Shown piece after piece: positions 62,918 to 64,000 of a stretch of DNA of 64,000 bases. The DNA is from Eledone cirrhosa (Eukaryota): positions 6,138,001 through 6,202,000 of the forward strand of contig OZ024742.1 in NCBI GenBank assembly GCA_964016885.1, given 5' to 3'. Under the pieces are notes generated by a model. It did not search any database, was not told where the DNA came from, and saw nothing but the letters and a program-made list of their open reading frames with translations. Both the position numbers and the translations under genes were made by a program. Positions within the stretch are counted from its first letter, which is position 1. Each line of letters starts with the position of its first letter.

Positions 62918-63097
62918 GTATACTTACACACACACACACACACAACACGCACATATATATATATGTTTGTATGTGTTTGTGTGTAAGTATACATATATAT
63001 ATATATATGTATACTTACACACACACACACACACACATACACACATATACACACAACACACACACATATATATATATATATATGTTTGTATGTGTAT
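62821..63097. repeat. Compound (TA)n/(CA)n/(TG)n microsatellite with a duplicated module and a 46-bp perfect palindrome
   Basis: Long TA run at about 62830-62907. The module GTATACTTAC(AC)n...ATATGTTTGTATGTGT occurs at about 62918 and 63009. The palindrome spans 62978-63023. Confidence 0.92.
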
Positions 63098-63594
63098 GAC
63101 AACAGCAATCACAAAGTGTAGAATGTGAATGGTTTATTATAACTTTACAAATGTGAGTCAAAGTCAGAGTCAATTTCTGTTTTTCTGTGTAACCAGAACT
63201 CAACATACAGTCAACATTTAACGAGATAATTAAGTGTTGAGCGAAAAACAAAAGCCAACAAAACGAAACGAAACCAACATCAAAGGGAATTACAAAGGAG
63301 GTCAGTGAACGTATTTGGTGAGAAATTCTAGTCAACTTTCTAAGCATTCACATTTATAGCTTGCACCATTGATTGCTAAGAAGTCATAGAATATATAGGC
63401 GGATCAATTAATTAATAACTAATTATTATAACTAATTATTATAACAATTTGTTTTTAGTAATTTTTCAAGAGAGGGGGGGGGGGCAACAATTAACATGAA
63501 ACATTATTGGTATTCTAGTCTACTTCGTTAATATTTTTGAATATCTACTAATAATTATGTGAGGAGGGCCCAACATAATTCCCCTTTATATATA

Positions 63595-63816
63595 TTAGCT
63601 GGACATGCTCACTGACATCCAGAGTTGACACTGCACTCAGTGCTCCTGTGGGTGCCCCTGCTTGGAAACACTGGAAGTGGAAGACGGAGGTTAACATATG
63701 TTGATGCCCTAAGGACAGACACTGGTCTCTTGGAGACGCAGGAGATGGTAGCGATAATGAGGGACAGAGACTGCTGGAGAGAACACATCCATGGATCTCG
63801 GGAATTTTACCCGCCC
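63595..63816 (+). mobile_element. 5'-truncated non-LTR retrotransposon (RTE/RTEX-like LINE) 3' end, degenerate
   Basis: Translates as LAGHAH*HPELTLHSVLLWVPLLGNTGSGRRRLTYVDALRTDTGLLETQEMVAIMRDRDCWREHI. This matches the post-RT C-terminal pattern of RTE-clade ORFs (GH..R ... LLW.P..G....GR...TY.D.L..D ... M.DR..WR). There is an in-frame stop at 63613, and TA repeats flank both sides. Confidence 0.8.
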
Positions 63817-63840
63817 TATATATATATATATATATATATA
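63817..63840. repeat. (TA)n microsatellite at the LINE 3' end
   Basis: Read directly. Confidence 0.9.
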
Positions 63841-64000
63841 CAGTATTTTCCGTTGTGTTGTAATATAAATATTACACACAGTAGATTGACAGCTCACGTA
63901 GAGTTTGCTCGACGGTTCCAGTTGTAATTCCAAAAGTAATCCGGAGAAAAATAGAAAGATTTGAATGGATACAGTTTAGTTGAAAGGAGTTTATTGACAC

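Noticed and set aside
63410-63484. 13-bp tandem duplication ATAACTAATTATT and an 11-bp G run
   Set aside because: Ordinary slippage products with no further structure.

Overview
This is eukaryotic, repeat-dominated DNA. SINE-like fragments I recognise from memory and the dense (TA)n/(CT)n/(CA)n microsatellites suggest an octopus or other cephalopod, which I cannot verify. About 93% of the window is two satellite arrays fused with no spacer. Array A (1-35445, running off the left edge) is an (AAC)n-derived repeat with a 56-bp base unit whose length varies mostly in 3-bp steps. Array B (35444-59528) is a 28-bp repeat of about 860 copies with a few recurrent two-state variant sites. Both arrays show nested higher-order duplications: about 14.7-15.5 kb in A, and 3301/3497, 672 and 560 bp in B. 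The last 4.5 kb contain microsatellites, a TA-flanked element with perfect 112-bp inverted repeats and a possible degenerate hammerhead ribozyme core, a strong splice acceptor with a short candidate terminal exon, a 53-bp palindromic minisatellite, SINE fragments and a 5'-truncated RTE-like LINE 3' end. The long ORFs in the track are by-products of the repeats. I cannot support any intact protein-coding system or CRISPR array. The best leads are the 56 = 2 x 28 relationship and seamless fusion of the arrays, the variant code of array B, its stop-free reading in all three plus frames, and the possibility that the whole block lies in an intron.
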